This document shows, in pieces, positions 33,951 to 47,070 of a stretch of DNA of 64,000 nt. The position numbers were made by a program, and so were the translations under genes. Positions within the stretch are counted from its first letter, which is position 1; every line of letters begins with the position of its first letter. Source of the stretch: Enoplolaimus lenunculus. Its lineage: Eukaryota. The DNA is taken from positions 186,001-250,000 of the forward strand of contig JASANG010000727.1 in NCBI GenBank assembly GCA_030248215.1, given 5' to 3'. A model generated the notes under the pieces. The model was not told the DNA's origin, made no database searches, and saw only the letters and a program-made list of their open reading frames with translations.

Positions 33951-36891
33951 TTAGGCATGCGATCTTCACTGTTCTGGACTATAGCGCCAGATTTAGCTTA
34001 TAACTATCAACTGAATCAGGTGGTTGTTAAGGAGGCCCAAATTTAAGGTTCTTATTCCCATGCTTATATATGTATATATATTTGAGTATTTATCTTGCAC
34101 TTGTTTGTTTTTGTACGTTTTGAATTGGTTCTCTCTTTTCTATGCAACCCCGGGGTTCGTTGCATCCCCGTATAAAATCATGAATTTACTATAGCATAGG
34201 CATGTTTAGGCAAGGTTATCACGCTCTGGGGCAATATGACGAAGGAAAAAATCAGTAAGGCAAAACCAGGCAGACTACGTATAAGAACCCAGGGTCTTTT
34301 GGAATATATCATGTATGCAATGTACGCTACTTTCGGCCTTTTAGTATTGTTTACGGTCCAATCCTGTATAGTATTTCTACTGATTCATGTTGTCATGCTA
34401 TTGTATTTTCTCGTTCCGTACCCCGTTTTGTAATGTGGAGCTTTTCGAGGAAGGTTTAAGATTTCTACTCATATATTCGGCGAGACGACTGCACAGTACA
34501 ATAGGGGGGTTTTAAGGGAAAAGCTGCACGTAGTTGTTATATTTTAAATTTGGTGATACGAAAATAAATTCCGTTATAACCTTTCTTGTCCTTCTACCGT
34601 TTCGTTTCCTTGTACTCAGACCCTGGATAGGGGTAACCCTCGTTAGTCCCCTCGTAACCTTCCGGCTGTAGACTACGCGTTAAAATTTATCCGCCAACCA
34701 CAGGCCTTTAAGAATTAATCCAACGCTCATTTCGTATTGGCTGATCAAAACTTAGGAATTTCTGACCAATGAAATGAAATTATGGTGTCTGTTTTCGAGG
34801 TGTGTGGATTGGTTAAATTTCGGGGCTAAGGCAGTATATAAGGACGCTGCACAGGCTGAACATTCAGTTCAGTTTAACATTTTTCGGTTTTCGCTCGCGT
34901 GCTCGAGCCGCGACAGCAAACCGATCTCTCTGCACACGGAGGCGACTTAGTGTGCACGAGAGTTTCGGGCGCTGAAGCAAGGGGGGAGTATGCGCGTTTC
35001 GCGCAGGGGTAAGAAACTTTAAAGGAGGCCCGGTTAGAATTTTCTGGCTACACGAAGGGGGTGTGGGTAGATTGTTGGGTTAGAATTTTGCCTGTCGTTG
35101 GCGACAACGTAGGTGCAAGATTTTCGCACAAATTTCAAGGGGGAAAAGTCAAATCAGGAAATCTGCTCAGAGATGCTATTAAGTAATGATTGTACGGAAA
35201 ACAAGCATATTTAGGACTAACCGTGACGTTCGCAGGATTGATTGTCAGCACGGTAGGGAGGCCAATTCAGCCTAATGCCAAGCATTTAGGATATGACAAC
35301 CAAAAGAGCTGAGGCCTACCGTCCAGTAAATTTCAATGTACCCCGTGATTGGAAAGAATCTAATTAGGCCCCGGTGCAGCTTTTTAGTAGGGGTTTAATA
35401 TAATCAGCAGCGAGCCCGACACAACGGCAAGTACAAGGAGAGCAAGGCTCTAGGCTTATACTGGCACCAGCAGACTCATCTAAGAGTATGTAGAGAGACA
35501 TCTGCGGATGAAGCTGCCGTGTGTCCGGGCTCACTGTTTAAAGTTTTAATTAACACTACTGGGGAACCAAAGAATCCTTAAGGGTATATACCGCACGGTA
35601 AGACACGCAGTCCACGCTAGGGTAATTTACAGTGCATAGAGTGGCAGTATCCATGATTGACTTTCAACCAACTAATTTCTTAGAGCAATTACTATAAAAT
35701 ATTAAGTTAGACATTGCTATCTTGCTTAAGTCAACGAAAGCAAAGGAAATTTCGTCATTTGCGGAATTAGCAAACAAGGTATTTCACTTTAAAATAAAAA
35801 TGCTGGTCGTGTTGTACATAAATATACAAATTCTTAATAAACCAAAACTTTAATCTGAGTTTAATTCTGAACCTAGAGCGCTCCGCAGATTCCTGGCCTA
35901 AGAGCCACGGCTAAAATTAAGATAAAACTCAGAGTTAAAACAGACTCCAGCTTTTGCACGAATGCGTAAATTCTATGAATATCGGAGCCTCAAAAATGAA
36001 TTAACAGCCCTAGTTCGAATCAGAGGCTCAATAAATAGACAAAAACCTCAAAGGCTAGGATCGATCCGCCTTTCTGTTAAACGGTCCATGACCAAATAAG
36101 GCAAAGTACTTCAGGACCAAAGAATCTCAGGAATAAAACCAAAGGATCAAACCCTACCTAGGACCCAGGGTCGCTAAGTCTAACTTGAAGAAAAGTTGTG
36201 GGCACATAGTTGTACTGAAATCCACGGAGAAAAAGCTAATTGTTGCTTGTGCGACCTATTTTCACGCACTCGGGGGTTCGCTAGAGCTTAGAGCATAGGC
36301 AGGCTTAGGCGTATGACGATATCGGGATTTTGTGACACTCAAAACCTGATATCACGCCGGGGGACCGTCATCCTCTAGGCAAGTAGGTTACTTTGGCAGA
36401 TCCGCGGCCACGAACACCCGTGAGAGCATCATCTCGGATTCGTCCGCAGAGATACTCGTTGAACGTACCCGTAACAATATTTTGCATATATATGTTGTGG
36501 TAAATATACATAATGTTCAGAAACGATGCGGTAAACTGTCTTATATCAAAGCTTATGGGATGAAAAGTCGATTCCGATTAATCGGCACAACCCTATTAAA
36601 ATGTTTTAATTTTTAGAATTTTTGGTCAGCCGGCGGCCAATGACCGGCCTGCCGGCCAAACATCATGTTACCCGCCGGCCGGTCAACCAGGAGAAAAGGT
36701 TGTAATTGAACAATACTACTGTTTTACTACACCTTCAAAATGAGCACAGGATACCAGTTTGCATAAACTTAAATTATAATTATTTGGGCCCATGTATAGA
36801 ACAGGGCCGGAACAGTAGTATAAGCCTATTTCTACGCCTAAATGTTGCCCGTGAAAGTTTTAAAACGTAAATAAACGAAGGAGTGGAACAA

Positions 36892-36978
36892 GGCGCGGTG
36901 GCGCAGTTGGTTGGCAGCATGGTTACAAGTGGACAGCGTATGGACTATTGGGCAGCGGTTCGATTCCATCTTGGCGTC
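36892..36978 (+). pseudogene. tRNA-derived sequence (tRNA pseudogene or SINE head)
   Basis: GGCGC...GGCGTC ends, box A TGGCGCAGTTGG, box B GGTTCGATTCC; anticodon arm not cleanly foldable. Confidence 0.5.
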
Positions 36979-37813
36979 TTTGTTCTACCTGTACCTTTGA
37001 TCTTCAAAATTTTTAGCCGACAGTCCAGTCTTCGCTGTTAATAGTTGAGCCTATACCATAGGGTGGGAATTTCCAACACCCACGCCCCAACTAATTCAGT
37101 TGTACGAAGTATTTTTGTATGGTTAAGATGTTAATTATGCGGTACCCTGGTTGTTTTATCTTGGGCTTTGGGTCGACACAGGAGTTTGACAGACAGGTGT
37201 ACGAGCACAGCTAATGGTGCTCTGGTGATGAACCCTAGATACGCGGCAAGCTAATGGCTAACCACTCACGAGTATACTGGCTTTCGAATAAATTTGGTGG
37301 AACATGGGAATTGGGATAGGAATGGAGCCATACCTTCCCAGTTCCTGTTTTTCGCTGGGTTGGCTTGTAAACCATGTACCTTCTTCCCATGGATACGCAT
37401 TTACTAAGAGTTAACTGACTCTGAATGAAACCTATCCCAAGCTCGAAACATTATCCCGCTTGGATCTCATAGAAACACCATAAGTTATAGATTTGAAGGT
37501 AGGCGGTTACTAAAACCTAATTTATACTATCCTGATGGCCCTGGTGTTTCGACTGCCCACCTGTTCCGGCTGTCAAGGGTGGAGGAATATAACAGAGCCT
37601 CTAGGAAGGGACTGCTGACTGAAGACGATCAACGCTCGTTCGCTGCAGTTTTTGTAACTACTTGTGGTTTATCCTTGCAATTTCCTTGTACACGTGTGTG
37701 CTAAAACAATTGTACAACAATTCATTCCGTTGGTACAGTGCTTTGTTGTTATGGCGTCTAGTCATTATGCATTGTGGAGTCTAGCTGTGGATGACATTAA
37801 AGATACTGTAAGC

Positions 37814-38210
37814 CAAGGTACAACCGGAGGTCTGCCTCCGGCTCCGGCTCAGGCAGAAAATCGGCCTCCGGCACCGGCTTCGGTAGGATTTTTGCCGGAG
37901 GTTCCGGCAATTTCGGTAGTAAAATTTGGTATAATTTTGTAAAAGTTATCTGTTTGAACACGTTTCGTTTTACTTTTATCACAATTTTCAGGAAAGAATT
38001 TCCGAAAATTCGCAGAAAATTAGCGTAAAACCAATCAAATTAGCAACATATCGCAGATATTGGCTAAAATTAACTTGTTAACCATAATCGTTATACTACC
38101 TAATTTCGCCTCAACTCTGGCCCCGGCTCCGGCAAGTTTCGTTGACCTCCGGCTCCGGCAAGTTTCGTTGACCTCCGGCTCCGAGTCCGGCTCCGGTATT
38201 TATGTCCCTA
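37814..38210. mobile_element. MITE-like element with CCGGCTCCGG subterminal repeats
   Basis: Clusters of (CTCCGG)n at both ends around an AT-rich core; includes a 25-bp duplication at 38124-38180. Confidence 0.55.
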
Positions 38211-39625
38211 TGACAATTTTTTAGAATAACAATTATCCTTTCCAGACAAGCAATGTTTTACAGTAGTGAGAGCATTATGACTTGGATGACCCAATAAGAT
38301 AGTCTTTATGTCATGGTTCAAGTTTCGGACAATTTTTTATCGCAAACGAAAAAGACTTCGTTTTAGTAGTACGTCTGTAGGCCATGGGTGTCTGTTTCGA
38401 AAGTTTGTTGCTTAATAAGTAACCAAAAAATGCTGTTTTCTGCATAGTCATATACCAGTGTAACTGCTTTCCGTCCCGGTGCCCCAAGTGTAAGGAAGTG
38501 ATTGGGACTGTCGGGTCGATGCGTACCCTAATTTTGATCCCAATCCCGGTTAATCTCATATTGGTGCAAAAAAGGCGAATTAGCTAACAATTTTGACATG
38601 CCCTGCAGTGGTGACAGCCACCTCAAGATCGTGGGTCCGTGGTTACGTATCGGTTGGACTCCTAGCAAACGTAGTGCGGTTTGCTTCGGCTCAGGGCATT
38701 TGAGCTCGGTGTACCTAAAATCCTTACAACTTTATCACTCCTAAATGGTACGTGCCTGAAATTCAGGCCTGGTTATAGCATCATTTTTTGACACTAGTCT
38801 TACGGAGTTTGGCGGATTTTTTTACATCTACGGTAGTATAATTACGTGGATGGCTCGTAACATAACGTTTTAAATCCCTGTACAAACTGCTATAAGTTTT
38901 TCTATTTGCAACTGAAGTAGTGACAACAGTGCCCAAGCCAAACACCAGTAATGTTTCTATTTTGCATAAAACAAAGCACTGCTTGTCTGTGCCCAGGTAA
39001 GCGCTACTTTTAGGATGGGTATGAAAAAGAATTAACCTATCATACACTGCGGTAGTGGTTAATTTCTTTGTTAGAAACCGTATACAACCAGTGACAAAAA
39101 AATTTCCAGTTGAACTCTGTTTTCCAGCACTTTTTTGTGTATAAGGTGGCGTTAATGGATTTAGAAATATATTTAGTCTGTTTTGTTGCTCGATTGAAGA
39201 ATATAAGGCATTGGTCTAAAATTAAACATTTAGGTAAGTAGTTTAACCAGGCATAATTTAAAATTAAACCTTTTTCTAATATGTATTAATGGTATTCGGC
39301 TAATCATTTGAAAATAAATATTGAAACAGGGGTTTGCGATTTGTATTGACCAACTTAAGACAACTCTTGCGAGACTTAATATTTTGATAGCAAAAAAGTT
39401 AGTTTTCCACTCGTTGAAATATAAAGCGTTGTTAAGCGTTTAATTTAGAATATTTTTTACGTTAAAAATGGTTTAAACTGAAATTATTATGTTTATTTTC
39501 AAAAATAGAAACTAAATAAAGGTGTGTTTATTCAGTATAAACATTAAAAATGATATTTGCAGCAATGATTCTAATTTGCGGCCGCTAAAACAAATTGTCA
39601 TCATTAAGCTGAAATATCGTCAAAT

Positions 39626-39801
39626 CGGGCTCGTAGCCAAGGCGGTAGCCAGGTGGGTGGGAGGGCTCGACCGCCCTGGAACAAATCTTGGCTCTCCTAG
39701 AAAATTTTCAATCTTGATTGTAAGTTGCAGAAAATTTTTGTATGCCTCTCCTGAAAAAATTTTTTAGCCCCCCCTAGCAATGTAAACTGGCTACGGCCCT
39801 G
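39626..39801. mobile_element. hAT-like MITE family H
   Basis: TSD cgtcaaat/cgtcaaac; CGTAGCCA / TGGCTACG TIR. Confidence 0.8.
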
Positions 39802-40003
39802 CGTCAAACGCGAGCAGTTAATAAAAATGCAATACAAAAAGTACATAGTACATACAAAAAATAGGATAGCATATATTGCAAAACACATTTTTATGAATGG
39901 CGTAAAAAGCGGTGAAGTTCAGTTAAAGACGCTGTTTAGTTGTAGGGAAATTCAGATTCAGTCGAAACACAGTTTGGCCTAATTTGATGGCCCTGTCACT
40001 GAA

Positions 40004-40135
40004 TAAGCGTATGGATGAGCCTATTTCTAAGCCTAAGCATAAGCCAAAGTCTAAGCAAAAAATAGTCTAAAAGCTTAAACTGACTATATTACAGCCCCTC
40101 CAGAAAAGGATCCGGCTCTGTTTTATACATGGGCC
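40004..40135. mobile_element. Right half of family A MITE
   Basis: GCCTAA units plus TIR ending TACATGGGCC. Confidence 0.75.
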
Positions 40136-40656
40136 CTAAACTGCAACGCTTGTTTTGTGCTTAAAACTTAAATGTTACTTGCATGCGCAACCCATAAATG
40201 CAAGGTCTATGGCAATTTGTCAAAATTATACTCTTTTTGCACCAACCAAAAAACACATGACTGTTCTATTTAATTTTGGGAATTGTTGAAATCAACTTGA
40301 CCACTATGCTACTGTTTCAAAAAATATTTAATTTCGTAATTGCGAATTACAATGTTTCATTGAAATAATCAAACATCTTTCGGCCAATGTTACTTTTAAG
40401 GGCGTAACAGTAGATTAAGCGTATTCTTAAGCTTAAGTCTAAGCTTAAACTTTGCAAAAATATTATCGTTGCAGAGACCAAAAAAGGTAAACTTAATATG
40501 GCAAAAATACTGTTTTTGAAGTAATCAAATTGTTATTGATAAAAGTAAACAAAGGATAAGTATTGCACCCATAATTGCACTTCTGTTAATAACGTCAAAA
40601 CGTTAAGACTAGAATGCTGTAAATTTGCATAAATTTGGCACTTGTTAAGGGTTCGT

Positions 40657-41019
40657 TCACTTTTGGTTTCGTCGCATCGCAAGCATAACGCCCACAGCAG
40701 TGATTGAGACAAAAGCGATGCAAACAACAGCGAGAACAGCACCGAAGCTAATTGGAGATAAGCAGAAATTGCCCGAGTGTACGGCTTCTGGGTATGTTGG
40801 AAGCGCAAGGATTCCTCGTGGCTGACTGGCAGAATGGTATGGCATTTGAGGAACAACTGGTGGCAATCCAGATTGGTTTTCGACGAGATCAAGTGCGTCA
40901 AACGTCGAACTGACATCAACTGTACCCACAGTCGCTTCTGGGATGTAGTGTTGTGATCGTTTGGATCGTAAGCGTCCAAGAGCAGGACACTGAGGCAAAG
41001 GACAGTCAGCGCCAGGTTC
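40657..41019 (-). CDS. cut-1: Cuticlin B exon 6
   Basis: [11 protein letters not shown]...RRNQK*. Confidence 0.92.
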   Translation of the reverse strand, partial: EPGADCPLPQCPALGRLRSKRSQHYIPEATVGTVDVSSTFDALDLVENQSGLPPVVPQMPYHSASQPRGILALPTYPEAVHSGNFCLSPISFGAVLAVVCIAFVSITAVGVMLAMRRNQK

Positions 41020-44000
41020 CTAAATGAATAAAAGCGTTTACTTTCGCAACTGTTTGCAGATAGAAATATTGATTTTTAATGCAAATTCTTAGTATAATCG
41101 TTAGAATGTAACGTAAGTTATTAAAAACAATTAGGAGGTAAACAAAATTAATGATTAATATTCTTACAATTTATTGTTGTCTGAAAAATTTAGCTTTTTT
41201 ACTGAAAAAGCACAATGATAAATTTGACCGTATAGATTATGTTACAACTGTTATTTAAAAAGGATATTATTTGCACCATAATAATGACTTCAGAGGGATA
41301 ACTCATCTATACAGACCAAAAAATGTTGACATCGTTATCGCAGCTTCTGATGTATTAAATTGAATTGGAATAAAAAAACTTGTGACACTAAACCTTGTAT
41401 TTGAGTAAAATATGTCAAAAAACAGTTGGTAATGCAGTTATTTTTAAAAAGCAATATTCACACAAAAAAAACGTATTTCTCAATTTATTCAGAAAAGTAT
41501 TTTCTGTGGCAAATCTGAATTTTTTTCGAAATTTTTTACCTTTATAGTAATCGCAATTTGACACTGGAAGAACAATTGCGTTCGGTCAGCGAATTTGAAA
41601 ACGTGAGTTTCCTGTCCGGCCATTAAATCAGTTGGATATTCCAAATTTCGCAGCAAATATTTGTCAATGGCACAACCTTCTTGATTCAGCAGATCAACTT
41701 TATCGCCCTTAAAAATATACTTGCGCCTTTGTTTTAATAAGAAGTTAAGCCTAATAATGTATGGTATTCTTAAAAGTTTGGGCCCATGTAAAGATCAGGG
41801 GTGGAACATTTTTCTGTGGGACTAGAATAGAGTAAGCTTAAGCTTTAGACTATTTTTTGCTTCGGCTTACGTATAAGCTCCCTCTGACGTTTACACTTTA
41901 CCCTTAGGCATAGGCTTATAAGCTCATTCTTACGCTTAGGCCTAGGTTAAGGAATATGTTTAACTACTGTTCCGTTTCTGTTCTATACGCTGGCCGAGAC
42001 TTCTAGCTGGTACAGAAAAATGTAATTTTCGCGTCTGCTATGTCTAAGCATATAGAAAATTGTTTGTCTCTTTATGCACATATTCTACGTGATACATTGC
42101 ACTGTTATATATTTACCGGTGACACACGTGTCGGCCCATGTATAGAACATGACCGGATTGTTTTCCTGAGGGGCTATAATAGAGTCAGTTTAAGCTTTTG
42201 ACTAATTTTGTGCCTAGGCTTAGGCTTAGGTTTAAGCTGAAGCTGAAGCTGAAGCTTAGGAATAGGATCATTCTTACGCTTAGGTTTAGGTTTAGGCTTA
42301 GGCTTACGCTTAGGCTTAGGAATATGCCTATACTAATGTTCCGGCCCTGTTCTATACATGGGCGCACGTGTCGATATGTTTGATGGACTATGAAAGCAGG
42401 TGGACAATCAAAAATACCTACAGCGTTTTAATTCAAATCCTTTACACTACGCTTATCTATCCGCCGATTTGAAAGTTCTCATATGGCCCGATCGCTCCTG
42501 CCTGAGACTGTTCTACGCCTTAAGATTATGCCTAAATTGTCATTCTGTGCTTAGAACCGAAATACATAACCAAATAAAAAAATAAAAATAAGGGTCAATG
42601 TTATCGTAAGGTGCGTAACAGTAGATTAAGTGTATGTGTTCCTAAGAATAAGCCTAAGCGTTGCAAAAATGTGTTTCTAAGCCTAAGCCTAAGCCTAAGC
42701 CTAAGCCTAAGCAAAAAAAATGTAATCTAGAATCTAAACCTACTGTTTTATAGACCCACCAGAAACTTGGACGCCCCTTAAAGTAACACGGGCCAAAATA
42801 AGAATAGAATAAATTTACTCACCTCGCCATCATCAACGGTACACGAATGAACCACCATACAAAATGTATCGACGGTATTTGTATCGCAGTTCCATTTGTG
42901 ATAAACGGATTGTCCAACCAAAGCGTATCTGAAACAAGAACAAACGTATGAATTTGAAATCTGTTGCAATAAAGACGTACCAGGGAATATGAATCATCTT
43001 TTATATCAATTTTCTGATGTTTATGGATCCAAAAATTTCTAATTAGAAATGCCGTGCACTGTCTAGCGCAAAAGTTCGAAATCGAAGCGAACAAAAAGCG
43101 AAACGCAATTTTAGTACACAATACTGAATCAAAGTTCTAATTTTGACCGTATTGAAGGGGGTGGGCTACGCGCTCGAACCGCCCCTGGGTCTGCCAGTGT
43201 CGCAAAAAGTTTTAGTGCTATTGAGAATATGCACGAATAAACATCAGTAAACTTTGTTGAACAACTGTTTATGCTGAAACCAAATAGAAATGAATAGTTA
43301 GGCAAAAAATTGAGCAGAAAAATGCTTAATAGTTGACACATACTGTACAGGATTCCCTTCTGGCCCATCCAAAATGTCATATCGGCACACAGGCATGGGT
43401 AAGACTGAGGTTTGCAAACTGGTAGTCAGCGGTGACACCTCGAGATCTTGGCTAACAGTCTTGTCGGCTTCCATGTAAAAGCACTGGAACGTTATTGCTT
43501 GATCAACCTGTAAAAATAACGACAGTTGCATGAATAAATAGTAGCAGCTTTGATGTAACTGAAAGTGACAGATACAGGCACCAAAGTCAGAGGGACACAA
43601 AGCTAAAATCATGTTAAATTCGCTAATTTTAAAATCAACCTGTAAAAATAACGGCAGTTTCAAGCATATTGTTTCGTTTAAGTTATAATTTTAAACGTGT
43701 TGTAGTGACCCGAATAAGAGGGGGTAATAAGAGGGGGACCCCATTTTGAGTCCCAATCAATAGGAATCTGTATCTCTAATAAGGGCCCGTAAGCGGATAG
43801 AGTCCCTAAACCCTAATTTGAGCCCATAAATGTCAATTATCTTTAATTGTAGCGCATATACGACTCCAGGGCCAAAAACTTGAGTTCGAAACTTTAAATC
43901 GCACATGTTGCGAAACGTCAGTCTTGCCCAAAAGATAGAATAACATAAGAGATGGGTGTTAGGTCCAACTAACAAAATGCGTCGGAGGGCTGGTTAAAAA

Positions 44001-45867
44001 TAAATACTCATTCCGCAACCGAATAACAGGGGGTACCATATGGAGAGGCCAAATAAATGTCAGTTCCCCGTTTTATTGGGGTCACTACAGTATGCTCATT
44101 TCAGTACCATTTTATCACAAAAAATTCTGCGGGAAAAATTGTTTTTTTACATTTCTGAGGGGAAAATTGTAAGGTAGGGACCTTACCATTTTAAAACAAA
44201 AAATTCTGATGGAGGGCATACGACCCCCCGCCCCCACTCTGGATCCACTGATGGCAGCCAGGATTTAAACTGAAAGTTAGATATACCGGCACTAAAGCCA
44301 GAGGGAAACTAAGCACGAATTATGTTAAATTTGCTAATTTTAACATCAATTTGTGTTTTTTGCCAAAAATTTGTTTTAAATTTGTGTTTCGCATAAATTA
44401 AACTTTATCAATCCAATCGCGCATCGAATATCTCCGATAACATCTCTTTATACACTAAAAATAAATTGCCTTGTATTCCAGAAATATTGTCTGAAATTTA
44501 CGATAATTATGTCCTGATACGAACTGCAGACATATGTCAGGAATTCAAGACTTTTAAACATAAGATGCGTCCAAGACGTTTATGTTTCAACCATTCACGA
44601 AACGAATTACTGAGCTGTTTAAGGCGATTAATGTCTGAAATACAAGACATTTATGTCTTGAAAATTTAAGAAAGTAAATGAGTCTTGAAAACTGAAGACA
44701 ATTTTGTTGTGTGTAGCTTTAAGCTAGGATTCGAAAACCAGACTTTTGGCCGGAAGACGTTTACCCTGACCGTTAAGGTATAGGAGCTGGACGCTCGAGC
44801 CTCAGGATCTTCTCACGCCTTGTGTAAATAGCGTTAGAGCCGGTGTTAGGATATGTGGCTCGTTTAGCTGGCCCGAGTCCCCCCAATAAAAGGTTTCACA
44901 AATGTACCCCCATTCACTTGTATGTTTTCAGGCACATGCTATATTTTGGTAAAAAACTTTCAGCGATAGCTAAGACATGCAACTTACTATGGTGTAAATA
45001 CAAAATTTAATAGTTTAAAAAGAATCTCAATATCCAATTTTGGACAGCCTTTAATTTGCTAAAAAGTTACAGAAATGTTTACTTTTGTCACAAACAGCGG
45101 ATGGAACTGAATGATCAGTGTTGTTCGAACGAATATTCCTCGTGGTTCAAGGGACCGTTCTCGGACCACATTGCATGAGTCGAATGGCAGCGAAATACTC
45201 GCATCACCCGATTGCCGGCAACCCTGAATTTAAAAATATTTGGATTTTTTGTAATGGAACAAATTTCATAAAGTCAACTTGGAAACAACGGTCACAATTT
45301 CTCGTCTGCTGATGAATTCAAAGATGCGACGAATCCTCAATGCCCATTAGTTCCGCTTGGAATGTGGGCTGTCGAATACTACGTATTGTTCAGGACAGTT
45401 CAAAAATTTACAGGAAACCTTATAATCAATATTTTGAGCACTCGACATAATGCCTTATTTGACCGAATGAATGAAAATTCACTTATAACATTGGTGGTAA
45501 AAATATGAGAGATTACGTTAACATCATACGAGCTACTTGTAGATAGAAGATTTTGAGTAGGTATATTACGCTTTTGGCCCGTTTTTGATTTGATGGTTAG
45601 GTGCCCATCAACCTTTTTTGCAAAATTGTAAAAATTAGCAGTAAATCCTTCAAATCAAATCGAGTAAGCGCTTACATCCTGTGCGTACAGTCCTTTGACA
45701 TAAACATGACCTTCGAATGGATTTCTTGTTGGGAAACTGACTGAAATTTCGCTTGCACCGCATTGCACTTCAGGATCGCCGTCAATCCCGTTGTCAACCG
45801 GAATGGCTCGCACGCGTTCGAACGCTAAGCAGCATAAAGCGACCGAAATTAGAAGCTTTGAAAACAT
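40657..45867 (-). CDS. cut-1: Cuticlin-1-like ZP-domain protein B, 6 exons: complement(join(40657..41019,41540..41707,42823..42928,43344..43507,45083..45223,45676..45867)), 377 aa
   Basis: Same exon sizes (192,141,164,106,168,363) and motifs as copy A; intact frame. Confidence 0.93.
41540..41707 (-). CDS. cut-1: Cuticlin B exon 5
   Basis: [19 protein letters not shown]...AITIK; tttaag / GTAAAA. Confidence 0.92.
41781..41995. mobile_element. Telomere-repeat MITE family A
   Basis: GGCCCATGTAAAGATCAGGGG TIR. Confidence 0.8.
42133..42364. mobile_element. Telomere-repeat MITE family A
   Basis: Perfect 8-bp TSD CACGTGTC. Confidence 0.88.
42593..42794. mobile_element. Telomere-repeat MITE family B
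   Basis: Perfect 8-bp TSD AAAATAAG; (GCCTAA)5. Confidence 0.88.
42823..42928 (-). CDS. cut-1: Cuticlin B exon 4
   Basis: YALVGQ...VDDGE; donor GTGAGT. Confidence 0.92.
43344..43507 (-). CDS. cut-1: Cuticlin B exon 3
   Basis: VDQAITFQ...PEGNPV; donor GTATGT. Confidence 0.92.
43700..44090. mobile_element. TA-TSD MITE family G (Tc1/mariner-type target)
   Basis: TGTAGTGACCCGAATAA...TTATTGGGGTCACTACAG|TA. Confidence 0.8.
45083..45223 (-). CDS. cut-1: Cuticlin B exon 2
   Basis: Matches A exon 2. Confidence 0.92.
45676..45867 (-). CDS. cut-1: Cuticlin B exon 1
   Basis: Near-identical to A exon 1; donor GTAAGC. Confidence 0.92.
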
Positions 45868-46865
45868 TTTTGACGACTTCGCTTCGGAGGAGAACGACAG
45901 CGAGAACTTTAATAAAGCGCAAGCGGGAAGCTGAACACTGAAGTGTTTTGTTTTTCTAAGTTACTTTTAAGCAGTTGAATTTAAACTCTGTCATCGAAGG
46001 GTTACGATATTAAATCGGGTACTTTACAAATTACATCCCGCAAAACCGTCAATCCGTTTTGCAAATAAGCGTTGCCTAAGCCTACTTTCAGAGGCCTGTT
46101 GAAAATATCGGCTCGCAAATATCAAGAGATAAACTTTTTTCGCTTTTAGATTTTTTTATTTTATAGCTTAATTCGTTTTGGAAGATTGACTTTCGTAAAT
46201 TTTAACCGATTGTTCAATTTCTAAAATCCACCCCCACGTAATCAATCAGTTAAAAATGTACTAAAAAGCCCAAGACGACAGAGTTGTTTTGTAAAATGTT
46301 ACAATATTAAAAGAAACACTTAAAATTTGCTAAAAATTCGTTAATTATTTTGTCAAATTATTTACATTTTAGTGACGAGGATGGGGTGTGCTTGTTCCAT
46401 GACCATCCCACTTCATATCGCCGTAGCGCCGTTTCAAAATTTGTTTATCAGCAGGAAGACAAAAAAGCACAGTTCTTTAGTTACTAGGACCCAACTGTTT
46501 GATGTGCTTCATTTTGAGTCTGAATCAATAGCAGTTTGGTTCCTTTATTGCTACTTGAATAGAGTTAAAAATACATTCAGTTGCGGGTTCACAGTTTTCT
46601 GACGTTTTAAAAAGGTTTACATTTTCGCGTTTTCTTGCAATTTTTTTCCAAAACTTGAAATGGACCAATTGCACCGCAGATGCATAATTTTTAAAGTTGA
46701 CACTCTCAATGTTCATATTTTTCACTTATTTGGCTGAGAATACATTGCAAGTGTTTAGATGAACCATATGCTATAAAAATTTTCAACAGGGCATATGCCG
46801 ACGGACAAATAGATGTCCATCATCCATGGATCGGACACTGTTTACGCTGTTACCATAAGAAATTT

Positions 46866-47070
46866 GGCTCATGTTAATACTTTAACGGTCGTCCAGGTTT
46901 CTGGTGGGTCTACAAAAGAGTAGGTTTAAATTCTAGATTACATTTTTTGTTTTGGCTTAGGCTTAGGTTTAGGCTTAGCCTTAGGAACACAATTTGGCAA
47001 CGCTTAGGCTTTGGGTAAAGTTTAGGAATACGCTTAACCTACTGTTACTCCCCTAAAAGTAACATTGGCT
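46866..47070. mobile_element. Telomere-repeat MITE family B
   Basis: TSD agaaattt/agaaattg. Confidence 0.85.

Noticed and set aside
38230..39050. Possible decayed coding sequence on minus strand (e.g. KAVTLVYDYAENSIFW)
   Set aside because: Only a short motif resemblance, many stops, no supportable family assignment without a search
36787..40135. Single family A MITE split by a 3.1-kb insertion
   Set aside because: The halves are complementary, but the outer flanks (attatttg vs ctaaactg) do not form a TSD and no insertion TSD was found
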